Positions 12,701 through 25,000 of a stretch of 64,000 bases of DNA are shown here, piece after piece. The notes beneath the pieces are model-generated. The model was not told the DNA's origin, searched no databases, and saw nothing but the letters and a program-made list of their open reading frames with translations. Source of the DNA: Macrostomum lignano (lineage: Eukaryota); assembly GCA_002269645.1 (NCBI GenBank), contig NIVC01000821.1, positions 139 to 64,138 of the forward strand. The letters run 5' to 3'. The position numbers and the translations under genes were made by a program. How positions within the stretch are numbered: the stretch's first letter is position 1; each line of letters opens with the position of its first letter.

Positions 12701-13825
12701 TCTTCATCGTCAGCCTCTGCGCCTGCTGCCGCCCCCATCCCTCCGATCTCGTCATCAACGAAGCCCGGGTTGAAAACGCCTGCAGGACCGGAGAATCCGC
12801 CGCCGAGGCCGCTGCTGAAGCCACCACGGTAGCTGCCGATAAAGTCGCCGCCACCAAAGCGAGGGGCGAAGTCTTCTTCCTCCTCGTTGTCATCCTCCTC
12901 TAGATCGATGTCACCGCTCGTGTCGCTCGCCGCAGCCGCCGCAGCCGCCAGCAGAGGCTGTCGGTCCCTCGACTCCCAGGCTGCGAAGGCCACTGCAGAC
13001 GCCTCTTCATCCATTGCTTCATCCAGTCCGCTGCCACTGAAGGCGCTGGCGTTGTCGTCAAGTGAAACCTGATCGCCGTCCATAAGTTCGTTTTGGCGGA
13101 AGTCCAAGGAGCCCAGCTTTTGTCGGGCAGCCTCCGCCTCCTCTTCGTCCAGCGAAATTTCGTCTGCGGAATCTCTGAATTCCTCTTCTTCCGCAGCGTC
13201 CGCCTCTGCCTCCGAACCGTCAGATTCCTCCAGCTGCGCTTCCTCCGGCGGCCGGGGACGACCTGCGAGCCATTTGGACCGTACATGATTCGTACATGAT
13301 TCGTACATGATTCGTAAATGATTTGCCACTATCGGCAACATTTGGGCTGTAGCGGTTACAGCACTCACTAGTTTTTCCAACATTTAAAAAAGTTTCCTTT
13401 CTGAATGCAGACACAATACAGTGAAATGTTCCGAGTAATCCTTAGTTTGGTTCAAGCAACTTTCAAGTCTACAATACTCAGATGCTAGCGATGTCAATGA
13501 TTCCTTTAATAAACGTGAGATTTTTATTAGAAAATTTTGTTCAGTTAAAGAATTCGGATAAGTCTTCTAAGGTGTCAAAGCTAGCTCATACACGGGTTCG
13601 GATCTGAACCGGTTGTCTATCATCATCGCTTGGACAACGGACCTTCGAGACCTTCAGCGCAATGACAAATACTCAGAGGGACATTTTTAAAGATTAGGAA
13701 TAAAGATTAGGTCGAGCCCTTGGCTGCTCGAGTCCAGCAGAGTTGGATATTTTACAGCAAATTTTCTAAAGCACTTTGCAGCTGCACTTACGAAATGGCG
13801 TTGCGTCCAACAGACGACTCAACAT
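9745..13825 (-). CDS. Synaptotagmin-14/16-like tandem-C2 protein, mirror copy, reading frame intact
   Basis: Exons 13825-13792, 13262-12523, 12381-11541, 11281-11079, 10538-10319, 10178-9957, 9881-9745, same lengths as the right copy. At least four substitutions (left/right): GDTAK/GNTAK, RLLLEE/RLQLEE, IPDSP/IPYSP, WCTVG/WCSVG. Confidence 0.85.
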
Positions 13826-15379
13826 GTTGAACTGATGCCGACGGACGCAGCTCAGGGAACTGCAACTGCAGAAGTGCTGGCTACTGTCGCTGATGTCAAG
13901 GACTTGAGCTGCCAATTTAAAACTCAGCTGACGTCAGAAAGCAGCTGCGAGCAGATTTAAAACAGGCAGAAGAAATGGCGAATGTGCAATTTTTATAGCG
14001 AACTAAGACAGTGAAGAAATGCGAGGCCCCAGCCGCACACGGGGCCCCACGCAGAGAGAGAGACACGCCCTGAGCAAAGCATTCTTCTGCATCAGAGCTG
14101 CACGGCAGCGGCGGTGCACACTGGCAGCACAGCGGCGCAGTGGATTCTGGCCACAATGACCACAGGACAATGTAAAGTCTTCCACTCAAGCGGCGGAGAG
14201 AATGTCTATCAAGGGAAAGGGTGTAGAATCAGTCGCAAAGCAAAGTGCCTCTCAGCCCTGACCTCATTCTGCTGGTCAACTCAGCTCACTCAGCACCCCT
14301 CAGACCCTCTTCTAACAAGCGACAATGAACCGCCTCATATAGATAGATGTGGAGGCTACAAACTCTATGCTTGACCGCTGAGTGCGAGCGTACTTGATGC
14401 CATTTGTCAGGGACTGGAAACTCCAGCTGGCCCAATTAGTGCTGATAGCAGTTAAATTTTCAGCTAATTCAACCGCACTGATTTGGTCAGCTGTGAAAGT
14501 TTGACGAGCAGTTTGCATCTTTGTCAGTCAAACTACTAACAGTAGACAAATTGGCTGAATGCCGCAGTAAAACTGGTTGGGGCTGATTTTCAGCCCTGAA
14601 TTTGTTCAGCGAGTCTGGCCGAGATCGAATTGGCGCTGGGCTTATTAGAAATCGCGTCTGCATGGATTTCACCGAACCTTCAGCACTTCGTCTTGTAGGG
14701 TACTAATTTTAATTTTACGGGCTCCTATCCTCTTGTCAAGCGAGGGTTTCAGGGATAAATTGCCGTCCTTGGTGATTGCTAGTCTAGTGATTAGCTTCTG
14801 CTAGGGGAGAATCTATTGGCCGAAGTGCATTTTGCTCGCGCCACGGTTGGCTCCCGGGGTTTTTAGCCAGTGCGACCCTCGTGCAGGCTCCCCCATTGCT
14901 CTCCTGCTCAGGCTGTCCTCTCATCCTTCACTGCTTTGAGGTTTTGCCTTGCGATGCAACTGTACACCCGCCTGTCTCCCGCCTTTCTCCGGCAAGCCGC
15001 TAATGCTCTGCTTTAATCTTCTGTGGACTGGAAAATGCTTGAAGCGCTGTCTAACTAGGGGGCCACACTTCCTGCTTCACAGAGTGCGAGCTCAAGCAAC
15101 TCGGGGGTTCCTGACTGGCATTGTTTTCCATAAGCTTCTAGGTGAGAGTGGCCAGATCCAGCACTTTGAGCACTGCAGCTGTGCAGCAAATCCCCATTCG
15201 ATCCCTTCCTCGCCTCCCCTGCCCACCGTCCACCCAGTTGCTTCCCGTCTTCCCCGCTCCCTCTGTCTCCCCACGCCTTAAGTCAGGGCCTGCACTGATT
15301 AAAGTTGAAAGGCACAGGAGACTCGGAGAGACTCGGTGCGGTGAAGTCAAACAGACCTCTTCATCAACAAGTCTGGGCA

Positions 15380-18300
15380 ATGGACTCGGGACCGTCTTCT
15401 GAGCAGCAGGGGAGGCTGGAGAAATCTGAGAGGGATGAGAAATCATCAGTTCCTGCCGCATCATCACCAGCCTCATCAAACCGTCTGGCGGGAATACGGA
15501 AGCTGGAGAAGTGAGGCTTTGCTTCATCATCTTTTGCATCCTGTTTCGTAAAATTCCAAGAGTTTGCATTCCAAGATTTTAATTAGTTAAACAGCCTGCC
15601 TATTGCATGAGTCAATGCTCTGCGAGTCACCTTGCTGCAGTCAATGCAGCATTCAATAATAATATCCTTGAGCAAAGCGGAGCCATGCAACTCAACTGAA
15701 AGCATCTCCTGCAAAGGTTATAATTAGTCTTCTATAGCTGCAGTCGGTGCACCTGCGGGGGCAACCTGCTGCTCGGCCTTCGAACAGGTGGCCTGTCAAA
15801 ACCTGAATTTATTTCTTGCTGCTGAGCAGTGGTTTGCTGATTATGGCTGTGCAGTGGCGTGACTGACTTGACCTCACTCCAGTGTTCTGAGTTTGACGCC
15901 TACCTGAAAGCCGGACTCCCCCCAACCTGCCGCTCAGGAAAGACAGCTGCGGCGATCTGCAGAGCCGACTGAAAACCCGGAAGCTGCTTGGTGTTGGCGA
16001 GACGGACGACGGCGACGTGCACCGGTCGAAGCTCAGCCAGATCTTGGGGCACAGCGAGCAGCTGTATCTGCGCCTCCCCTGGCCCGTCAGGGCCTACCAG
16101 CTGACCGCGGCTGCCGCTCTGGCCGGCTTTGGAATCTCCGTGAGTTCCGCGGCCACGCGGCTGATCGCCCTGCAAGAACTTTGCTGGTAAAAATAGAAAC
16201 AGCTTTGGTGAAAACGGCTCTTCGGCACAAATGCATTAGCGGGGTACCAGATCCTTTACCAACATACGACTTAATAGCAATCTTGTAGCTATTCGAGCCT
16301 TAGATGCCTATAATGCAGCTCGCCATTTGGGGGTCAGGAATAAAGTGGTCAATCTATTGTAGTCAAACTAGACCAGGCATGCCCTGATGGCAAGCATCGG
16401 CCTTTTTGTATACGAGTAGATCTTCCATGATTTTTCCTTTTGCTGCATCCTCTTTCAAAGAATTACTTGGCTCTTGCTAATACTTTTATGCTTGTCTTTG
16501 CGCAGTGAGGGATGAGGCACAGAACTAGAGAGTGGTTTAAAGAGTATCCGCCACCTCCCTGCAACTCGGGCCGTAGGAACAGTGCGAGCCGACGCGTGGG
16601 CCGTCGAACGCACTTTTGCGATCCCCAGCCGAAGAGGGCCTTCCGGCACAGCCGGGATGTGGGATTCGGGATAATTTCCCGTGCGCTACTCCCCTGCTTC
16701 ATCGGCGAGCTTCTGCGAGCGCCGAAGAACAAAGCTGCTGCAATCCTGTACGTTTTCTCTTCTCTCAAACAGATCGACTTTCCGTAACAGAAAACCCCAG
16801 GCAAACGGAGACTGAGGGAGGATGCTGAGCAAACTGCAGCGATGATGAGCCGAGAGGAAGAGGGCAGGGGAGACTGAGGGAGGTGTAGTCAGTCGCTGTA
16901 GCGAACCCAGGGAAGCCTCTATGAGGCCGAACTCGGATCCGTGCCAGGCCTGATGGAGAAGTCATGCTCAGCCTCCTCCTCATCCCCATCTCATTTGCAG
17001 GCCTGCGTCAGGCCGGGACTGGCGCTCGGAGCGGCCGGAGAGGCGGGACTGCCGGCCAGGCTGTGCGGCGGAGGCTGCATCAGTGAGTAGCCGAGATGCA
17101 GGGATGAGTTGCAGCCGTGTTGGCCGAGCACTTACTGAGTGATCGCTGCCAGCTGAGCTGTAAACATCCCTATCGCGAACCCTGACCAATCACTGAGTGA
17201 TTGCTGCCAGCTGAGCTGTAAACATCCCTATCGCGAACCCTGACCAATCACTGAGTGATTGCTGCCAGCTGAGCTGTAAACATCCCTATCGCGAACCCTG
17301 ACCAATCACTGAGTGATCGCTGCAAGCTGAGCTGTAAACATCCCTATCGCGAACCCTGACCAATCACTGAGTGATTGCTGCCAGCTGAGCTGTAAACATC
17401 CCTATCGCGAACCCTGACCAATCACTGAGTGATCGCTGCAAGCTGAGCTGTAAACATCCCTATCGCGAACCCTGACCAATCACTGAGTGATTGCTGCCAG
17501 CTGAGCTGTAAACATCCCTATCGCGAACCCTGACCAATCACTGAGTGATCGCTGCCAGCTGAGCTGTAAACATCCCTATCGCGAACCCTGACCAATCACT
17601 GAGTGATTGCTGCCAGCTGAGCTGTAAACATCCCTATCGCGAACCCTGACCAATCACTGAGTGATCGCTGCCAGCTGAGCTGTAAACATCCCTATCGCGA
17701 ACCCTGACCAATCACTGAGTGATCGCTGCCAGCTGAGCTGTAAACATCCCTATCGCGAACCCTGACCAATCACTGAGTGATTGCTGCCAGCTGAGCTGTA
17801 AACATCCCTATCGCGAACCCTGACCAATCACTGAGTGATCGCTGCCAACTGAGCTGTAAACATCCCTATCGCGAACCCTGACCAATCACTGAGTGATCGC
17901 TGCCAGCTGAGCGGTAAACATCCCTATTGCAACCCCTGACCAATCTTTGTGACGGCATTTCCTTAGCTCAGATATAGCTAAATCTATCTCATTATTCTAT
18001 CTCAATTTCGAGCTGCCAACCGAGTGATGAATTCATTGTTGCTTCGAGCGTACGAGCGTAGATTGTGGCAAACTGTTTGAAAGCACTGGAAATGCGTAAA
18101 CCTTGATGTAAAACTTCTGCTTGTTCAACCTTAATGCAGCCTCCAAATCAGGTGCTGCTCACGCTGGTCCCTGAGCGTGGCCGCCTTGCTCAGGCGGCAG
18201 TAAGCAGGGCTTCGGATAAAGGCAGGTCCGCCTCCACTCTGCATGGCAAGGAGAGACGGGCCGATCAGCTCAGTCTGACGTGTCTGGGGAAGCTGAGAGC

Positions 18301-20987
18301 TGCAGATCCACGCCCATCGCTAATTTGATGAAGAGCTCAATCAGGGACGAGATGCGGCTAATGCACCCAGCATCCGCCTGCATCTGTCTCTACTCCAAAT
18401 TACTCGCCCCAAAGCAAGCGGCGCCGCCTTCGCTATGAAGCTCAATTTCCTTCCTCCCCTCAGCCGTGGCCTTCGTGCTGTGGCTGGCCTGGCGCTCCGA
18501 AGACCGCGAAGTGGTGCGCCTGTCCCTGACGGCGGCCGCCGCCCACTCCGCCGTGCAGCTGCTGGGTGAGTGGACGAGGGGAGTCCTTCCTGGAGCCATG
18601 GGGACAGGGAGATCCTCCCGGCTCTTGCTACACTCAAGCAAATGTGCAAGCAGAAAATTCCAGTCTTTATCACTCTTCAAACTTCTGCTCACCTCTGGTC
18701 GCAACCCCCTCTAAGCCCCCTCACTGTCCGCCTCAGCCCCTCAATCTGTTATCTGTCTCTCAGCCCCTCAATCTGTTATCTGTCTCTCAACCCCAACTCT
18801 GTTGTCTGTCTCTCAGCCCCCCACTCTGTTATCTGTCTCTCAGCCCCCACTCTGTTATCTGTCTCTCAGCCCCCACTCTGTTATCTGTCTCTCAGCCCCC
18901 CACTGTCCGCCTCAGCCCCTCAATCTGTTATCTGTATCTCAGCCGCTCAATCTGTCTCTCAGCCCCCACTCTGTTGTCTGTCTCTCAGCCCCCCACTCTG
19001 TTATCTGTCTCTCAGCCCCCCACTGTCCGCCTCAGCCCCTCAATCTGTTATCTGTCTCTCAGCCCCCCACTCTGTTGTCTGTCTTTCAGCCCCCCACTCT
19101 GTTATCTGTCTCTCAGCCCCCCACTGTCCGCCTCAGCCCCTCAATCTGTTATCTGTATCTCAGCCCCCCACTCTGTTGTCTGTCTTTCAGCCCCCCACTC
19201 TGTTGTCTGTCTCTCAGCCCCTCAATCTGTTTCTCAGCCCCCCACTCTGTTGTCTGTCTTTCAGCCCCTCAATCTCTTTCAGCCCCTCAATCTGTCTCTC
19301 AGCCCTTCAATCTGTCTCTCAGCCTCTCAATCTGTTTCTCAGCCCCCCACTCTGTTGTCTGTCTTTCAGCCCCTCAATCTGTCTTTCAGCCCCTCAATCT
19401 GTCTCTCAGCCCTTCAATCTGTCTCTCAGCCGCTCAATCTGTTTCTCAGCTCCCCACTCTGTTGTCTGTCTTTCAGCCCCTCAATCTGTCTCTCAGCCCT
19501 TCAATCTGTCTCTCAGCCCCTCAATCTGTCTCTCAGCCCCTAAATATTTCTCTCAGCCCCTAAATATTTCTCTCAGCCCCTCAATCCGTCTTTTAGTCTG
19601 TTTCTCAGCCCCTTGAAGTATCTCAGCCCCTTGAAGTATCTCATCCCCAAACCCAGCGCTGCCAGCAAGGCGGCTCAGGATTTTCATTTCCGCCCGCACA
19701 ATCTCCAATGCCCGGAGCTCAAAGCCAGCTAGATAAGATGAACCGGCAGCTCAGTTCAAAGCCACCCCCTGTGCTGGCTGCAGGTGAGCAGTTGAACTCA
19801 AGACCTAACAGCCTTCTCGATTTGCAGCTGCCCTAGTGAATCGAACTTGCATGCCACTGGGCCTAATGAAGCATCCAATCCCTACTCAGATCCCAGCTCA
19901 GCCTCGCTGCTCTCTCATTTCACCGCTTCGAGATTTCCTGACTGACTCGCCTGAACCGAGTCTTCAAAGCCACCAAATCGATTTTAACTGGTCGGCACGT
20001 TCCGACTAGCATTCCTGTTAGCTCAAAATGGGCAGAACACAGTTGAGTTCTTGGAGTTCCTAGAATTGGAATGTCGTGGAAGAAGGTGGGGGAGAAAGGA
20101 CAGTCAGGGAAGTAGGTTGGTGAGCAGAGTTGGGAAAGCATTCGGAGTGGTGAATATGGGGGAGTCTCGGATGATGGCGGGAGAGATGGGGAGTTTGGGA
20201 AGAAGGCGGGGGAGATGGGGAGGGAGTCTGGGAAGAAGGCGGGGGAGATGGGGAGGGAGTCTGGGAAGAAGGCGGGAGAGATGGGGAGGGAGTCTGGGAA
20301 GAAGGCGGGCGAGATGGGGAGGGAGTCTGGGAAGAAGCCGGGAGAGATGGGGAGGGAGTCTGGGAAGAAGCCGGGAGAGATGGGGAGGGAGTCTGGGAAG
20401 AAGGCGGGGGAGATGGGGAGGGAGTCTGGGAAGAAGGCGGGAGAGATGGGGAGGGAGTCTGGGAAGAAGGCGGGAGAGATGGGGAGGGAGTCTGGGAAGA
20501 AGGCGGGGGAGATGGGAGGGAGTCTGGGAAGAAGCCGGGAGAGATGGGGAGGGAGTCTGGGAAGAAGCCGGGAGAGATGGGGAGTCCGGGAAGAAGCCGG
20601 GAGAGATGGGAGTCCGGGAAGAAGCCGGGAGAGATAGGGAGTCTGGGAAAACAATCCAATTAGGAATCGAGCTGGAATTGTAGGGACCGGAGAGCAGGTA
20701 CAATGTTGCTGAAGGCGCCCTCACCGCCCGCAGTGCCGCTCTGCTCAGCAGTCCTGGGCGCCGCTTGTCCGCCGCTGCCGGCACCGCGCCAGTCGCTGTG
20801 GCTTGCGGCCATGCGGCTGGTCTGGCGGGCGGGCCTGCTCTGCCTGCGCAGCGGCCGCCACAGTCTGCGCCGCCACCCGCACAAGCCGCAGCAACAGCAG
20901 GCGGAGCAGCCGCGGCCAAACAATCAGCTGCTGGAAGGCTGGCAGAGAGGCGGTTTTGCACAGGGAGACTGCAAAAAGCAGCAGTAA
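15380..20987 (+). CDS. TP53I11: TP53-inducible protein 11 (PIG11) homologue, 5 exons, 256 aa; absent from the ORF track as a single ORF
   Basis: Exons 15380-15510, 15938-16139, 17001-17082, 18464-18565, 20734-20987; GT-AG, phases consistent, 771 nt. DLQSRLKTRKLLGVGETDDGDVHRSKLSQILG matches recalled human [40 protein letters not shown] matches PIRLYGG; VQLL matches VQFL. Exon 1 is less certain. Confidence 0.9.
17133..17944. repeat. 58-bp VNTR x14, TP53I11 intron 3
   Basis: Unit CACTGAGTGAYGCTGCCAGCTGAGCTGTAAACATCCCTATCGCGAACCCTGACCAAT-type, counted as 14 copies. Confidence 0.98.
18712..19645. repeat. Composite pyrimidine-rich minisatellite built on CTCAGCCCC cores (units about 17-27 bp), TP53I11 intron 4
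   Basis: Tandem modules such as CTCAGCCCCCCACTCTGTTATCTGTCT and CTCAGCCCCTCAATCTGTCT. Confidence 0.95.
20177..20646 (+). repeat. 33-bp purine/G-rich minisatellite with a G-quadruplex motif per unit, TP53I11 intron 4
   Basis: Unit GGGAGAGATGGGGAGGGAGTCTGGGAAGAAGGC, about 14 copies. Confidence 0.95.
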
Positions 20988-21254
20988 ACGATTCCCAACG
21001 ACCAAGGACTGCGGTCCATATCCGTCTAGAAGTCCTTGTTTCTGCTTGTAGTAAAGGCTGAACGTCTCTGCCGACTAGACGTGAAACTGTTCATACGAGC
21101 AGGTCATCAGTATAATTTTCACTATTAACTACTTTTTCTTATTATTAGCCGTTGCTACGAGCTTAGTGGTTTGTTGTAAGAAAAGTAAAGCTAATTTTTG
21201 CCGCTCTAAAAATTTCGTTACTGTGGGGCTGCATCCCGTGCGCAAGTCAGTGAT

Positions 21255-21609
21255 NNNNNNNNNNNNNNNNNNNNNNNNNNNNNNNNNNNNNNNNNNNNNN
21301 NNNNNNNNNNNNNNNNNNNNNNNNNNNNNNNNNNNNNNNNNNNNNNNNNNNNNNNNNNNNNNNNNNNNNNNNNNNNNNNNNNNNNNNNNNNNNNNNNNNN
21401 NNNNNNNNNNNNNNNNNNNNNNNNNNNNNNNNNNNNNNNNNNNNNNNNNNNNNNNNNNNNNNNNNNNNNNNNNNNNNNNNNNNNNNNNNNNNNNNNNNNN
21501 NNNNNNNNNNNNNNNNNNNNNNNNNNNNNNNNNNNNNNNNNNNNNNNNNNNNNNNNNNNNNNNNNNNNNNNNNNNNNNNNNNNNNNNNNNNNNNNNNNNN
21601 NNNNNNNNN
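21255..21609. other. Assembly gap (355 N) at the centre of the inverted duplication
   Basis: Run of N, followed by 186 bp (21610-21795) with no visible mirror copy. Confidence 1.
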
Positions 21610-22061
21610 AAAATTTTCAATTGCTCACTGCTCCGCAGAATAAATGAAGTTTTAAAAGTCCGGAACTGTTTGAGAAGCAGATTCTGGTGGCACGATACAA
21701 TAAATATTGCAATACGAAAACGTGTACTTTTACATCGAGAAACTGAACGTGATTATTGCAGCTGGGAAAGCAATTAATGGGTCGCAAAGAAACCCATCAC
21801 TGACTTGCGCACGGGATGCAGCCCCAGTAACCGAAATTTTTAGAGCGGCAAAAATTAGCTTTACTTTTCTACAACAAACCACTAAGCTCGTAGCAACGGC
21901 TAATAAATAAGAAAAAGTAGTTAATAGTGAAAATTATACTGATGACCTGCTCGTATGAACAGTTTCACGTCTAGTCGGCAGAGACGTTCAGCCTTTACTA
22001 CAAGCAGAAACAAGGACTTCTAGACGGATATGGACCGCAGTCCTTGGTCGTTGGGAATCGT

Positions 22062-25000
22062 TTACTGCTGCTTTTTGCAGTCTCCCTGTGCAAAACCGCC
22101 TCTCTGCCAGCCTTCCAGCAGCTGATTGTTTGGCCGCGGCTGCTCCGCCTGCTGTTGCTGCGGCTTGTGCGGGTGGCGGCGCAGACTGTGGCGGCCGCTG
22201 CGCAGGCAGAGCAGCCCGCCCGCCAGACCAGCCGCATGGCCCGCAAGCCACAGCGACTGGCGCGGTGCCGGCAGCGGCGGACAAGCGGCGCCCAGGACTG
22301 CTGAGCAGAGCGGCACTGCGGGCGGTGAGGGCGCCTTCAGCAACATTGTACCTGCTCTCCGGTCCCTACAATTCCAGCTCGATTCCTAATTGGATTGTTT
22401 TCCCAGACTCCCTATCTCTCCCGGCTTCTTCCCGGACTCCCCATCTCTCCCGGCTTCTTCCCGGACTCCCCATCTCTCCCGGCTTCTTCCCAGACTCCCT
22501 CCCCATCTCTCCCGGCTTCTTCCCAGACTCCCTCCCCATCTCCCCCGCCTTCTTCCCAGACTCCCTCCCCATCTCTCCCGCCTTCTTCCCAGACTCCCTC
22601 CCCATCTCTCCCGCCTTCTTCCCAGACTCCCTCCCCATCTCCCCGCCTTCTTCCAGACTCCCTCCCCATCTCTCCCGGCTTCTTCCCAGACTCCCTCCCC
22701 ATCTCTCCCGGCTTCTTCCCAGACTCCCTCCCCATCTCGCCCGCCTTCTTCCCAGACTCCCTCCCCATCTCTCCCGCCTTCTTCCCAGACTCCCTCCCCA
22801 TCTCCCCCGCCTTCTTCCCAGACTCCCTCCCCATCTCCCCCGCCTTCTTCCCAAACTCCCCATCTCTCCCGCCATCATCCGAGACTCCCCCATATTCACC
22901 ACTCCGAATGCTTTCCCAACTCTGCTCACCAACCTACTTCCCTGACTGTCCTTTCTCCCCCACCTTCTTCCACGACATTCCAATTCTAGGAACTCCAAGA
23001 ACTCAACTGTGTTCTGCCCATTTTGAGCTAACAGGAATGCTAGTCGGAACGTGCCGACCAGTTAAAATCGATTTGGTGGCTTTGAAGACTCGGTTCAGGC
23101 GAGTCAGTCAGGAAATCTCGAAGCGGTGAAATGAGAGAGCAGCGAGGCTGAGCTGGGATCTGAGTAGGGATTGGATGCTTCATTAGGCCCAGTGGCATGC
23201 AAGTTCGATTCACTAGGGCAGCTGCAAATCGAGAAGGCTGTTAGGTCTTGAGTTCAACTGCTCACCTGCAGCCAGCACAGGGGGTGGCTTTGAACTGAGC
23301 TGCCGGTTCATCTTATCTAGCTGGCTTTGAGCTCCGGGCATTGGAGATTGTGCGGGCGGAAATGAAAATCCTGAGCCGCCTTGCTGGCAGCGCTGGGTTT
23401 GGGGATGAGATACTTCAAGGGGCTGAGATACTTCAAGGGGCTGAGAAACAGACTAAAAGACGGATTGAGGGGCTGAGAGAAATATTTAGGGGCTGAGAGA
23501 AATATTTAGGGGCTGAGAGACAGATTGAGGGGCTGAGAGACAGATTGAAGGGCTGAGAGACAGATTGAGGGGCTGAAAGACAGACAACAGAGTGGGGAGC
23601 TGAGAAACAGATTGAGCGGCTGAGAGACAGATTGAAGGGCTGAGAGACAGATTGAGGGGCTGAAAGACAGATTGAGGGGCTGAAAGACAGACAACAGAGT
23701 GGGGGGCTGAGAAACAGATTGAGAGGCTGAGAGACAGATTGAAGGGCTGAGAGACAGATTGAGGGGCTGAAAGAGATTGAGGGGCTGAAAGACAGACAAC
23801 AGAGTGGGGGGCTGAGAAACAGATTGAGGGGCTGAGAGACAGACAACAGAGTGGGGGGCTGAAAGACAGACAACAGAGTGGGGGGCTGAGATACAGATAA
23901 CAGATTGAGGGGCTGAGGCGGACAGTGGGGGGCTGAGAGACAGATAACAGAGTGGGGGGCTGAAAGACAGACAACAGAGTGGGGGGCTGAGAGACAGATA
24001 ACAGATTGAGGGGCTGAGGCGGACAGTGGGGGGCTGAGAGACAGATAACAGAGTGGGGGGCTGAGAGACAGACAACAGAGTGGGGGCTGAGAGACAGATT
24101 GAGCGGCTGAGATACAGATAACAGATTGAGGGGCTGAGGCGGACAGTGGGGGGCTGAGAGACAGATAACAGAGTGGGGGGCTGAGAGACAGATAACAGAG
24201 TGGGGGGCTGAGAGACAGATAACAGAGTGGGGGGCTGAGAGACAGACAACAGAGTTGGGGTTGAGAGACAGATAACAGATTGAGGGGCTGAGAGACAGAT
24301 AACAGATTGAGGGGCTGAGGCGGACAGTGAGGGGGCTTAGAGGGGGTTGCGACCAGAGGTGAGCAGAAGTTTGAAGAGTGATAAAGACTGGAATTTTCTG
24401 CTTGCACATTTGCTTGAGTGTAGCAAGAGCCGGGAGGATCTCCCTGTCCCCATGGCTCCAGGAAGGACTCCCCTCGTCCACTCACCCAGCAGCTGCACGG
24501 CGGAGTGGGCGGCGGCCGCCGTCAGGGACAGGCGCACCACTTCGCGGTCTTCGGAGCGCCAGGCCAGCCACAGCACGAAGGCCACGGCTGAGGGGAGGAA
24601 GGAAATTGAGCTTCATAGCGAAGGCGGCGCCGCTTGCTTTGGGGCGAGTAATTTGGAGTAGAGACAGATGCAGGCGGATGCTGGGTGCATTAGCCGCATC
24701 TCGTCCCTGATTGAGCTCTTCATCAAATTAGCGATGGGCGTGGATCTGCAGCTCTCAGCTTCCCCAGACACGTCAGACTGAGCTGATCGGCCCGTCTCTC
24801 CTTGCCATGCAGAGTGGAGGCGGACCTGCCTTTATCCGAAGCCCTGCTTACTGCCGCCTGAGCAAGGCGGCCACGCTCAGGGACCAGCGTGAGCAGCACC
24901 TGATTTGGAGGCTGCATTAAGGTTGAACAAGCAGAAGTTTTACATCAAGGTTTACGCATTTCCAGTGCTTTCAAACAGTTTGCCACAATCTACGCTCGTA

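Larger units (their letters stand above)
1104..21254 (+). repeat. Left arm of a ~20 kb inverted duplication
   Basis: Reverse complement of 21796-41778. Mirror ORF pairs occur throughout (e.g. 7253..7774 / 35406..35927, 11530..12357 / 30694..31521, 20703..20987 / 22062..22346), and both ends were matched at nucleotide level. Confidence 0.97.

Noticed and set aside
16455-16989. GC-rich ORF cluster in TP53I11 intron 2 as a nested gene or retroelement remnant
   Set aside because: No recognisable motif or consistent splice chain; cannot be supported without a search.
21129-21777. ORFs spanning the N run
   Set aside because: Artefacts of translating N as X.
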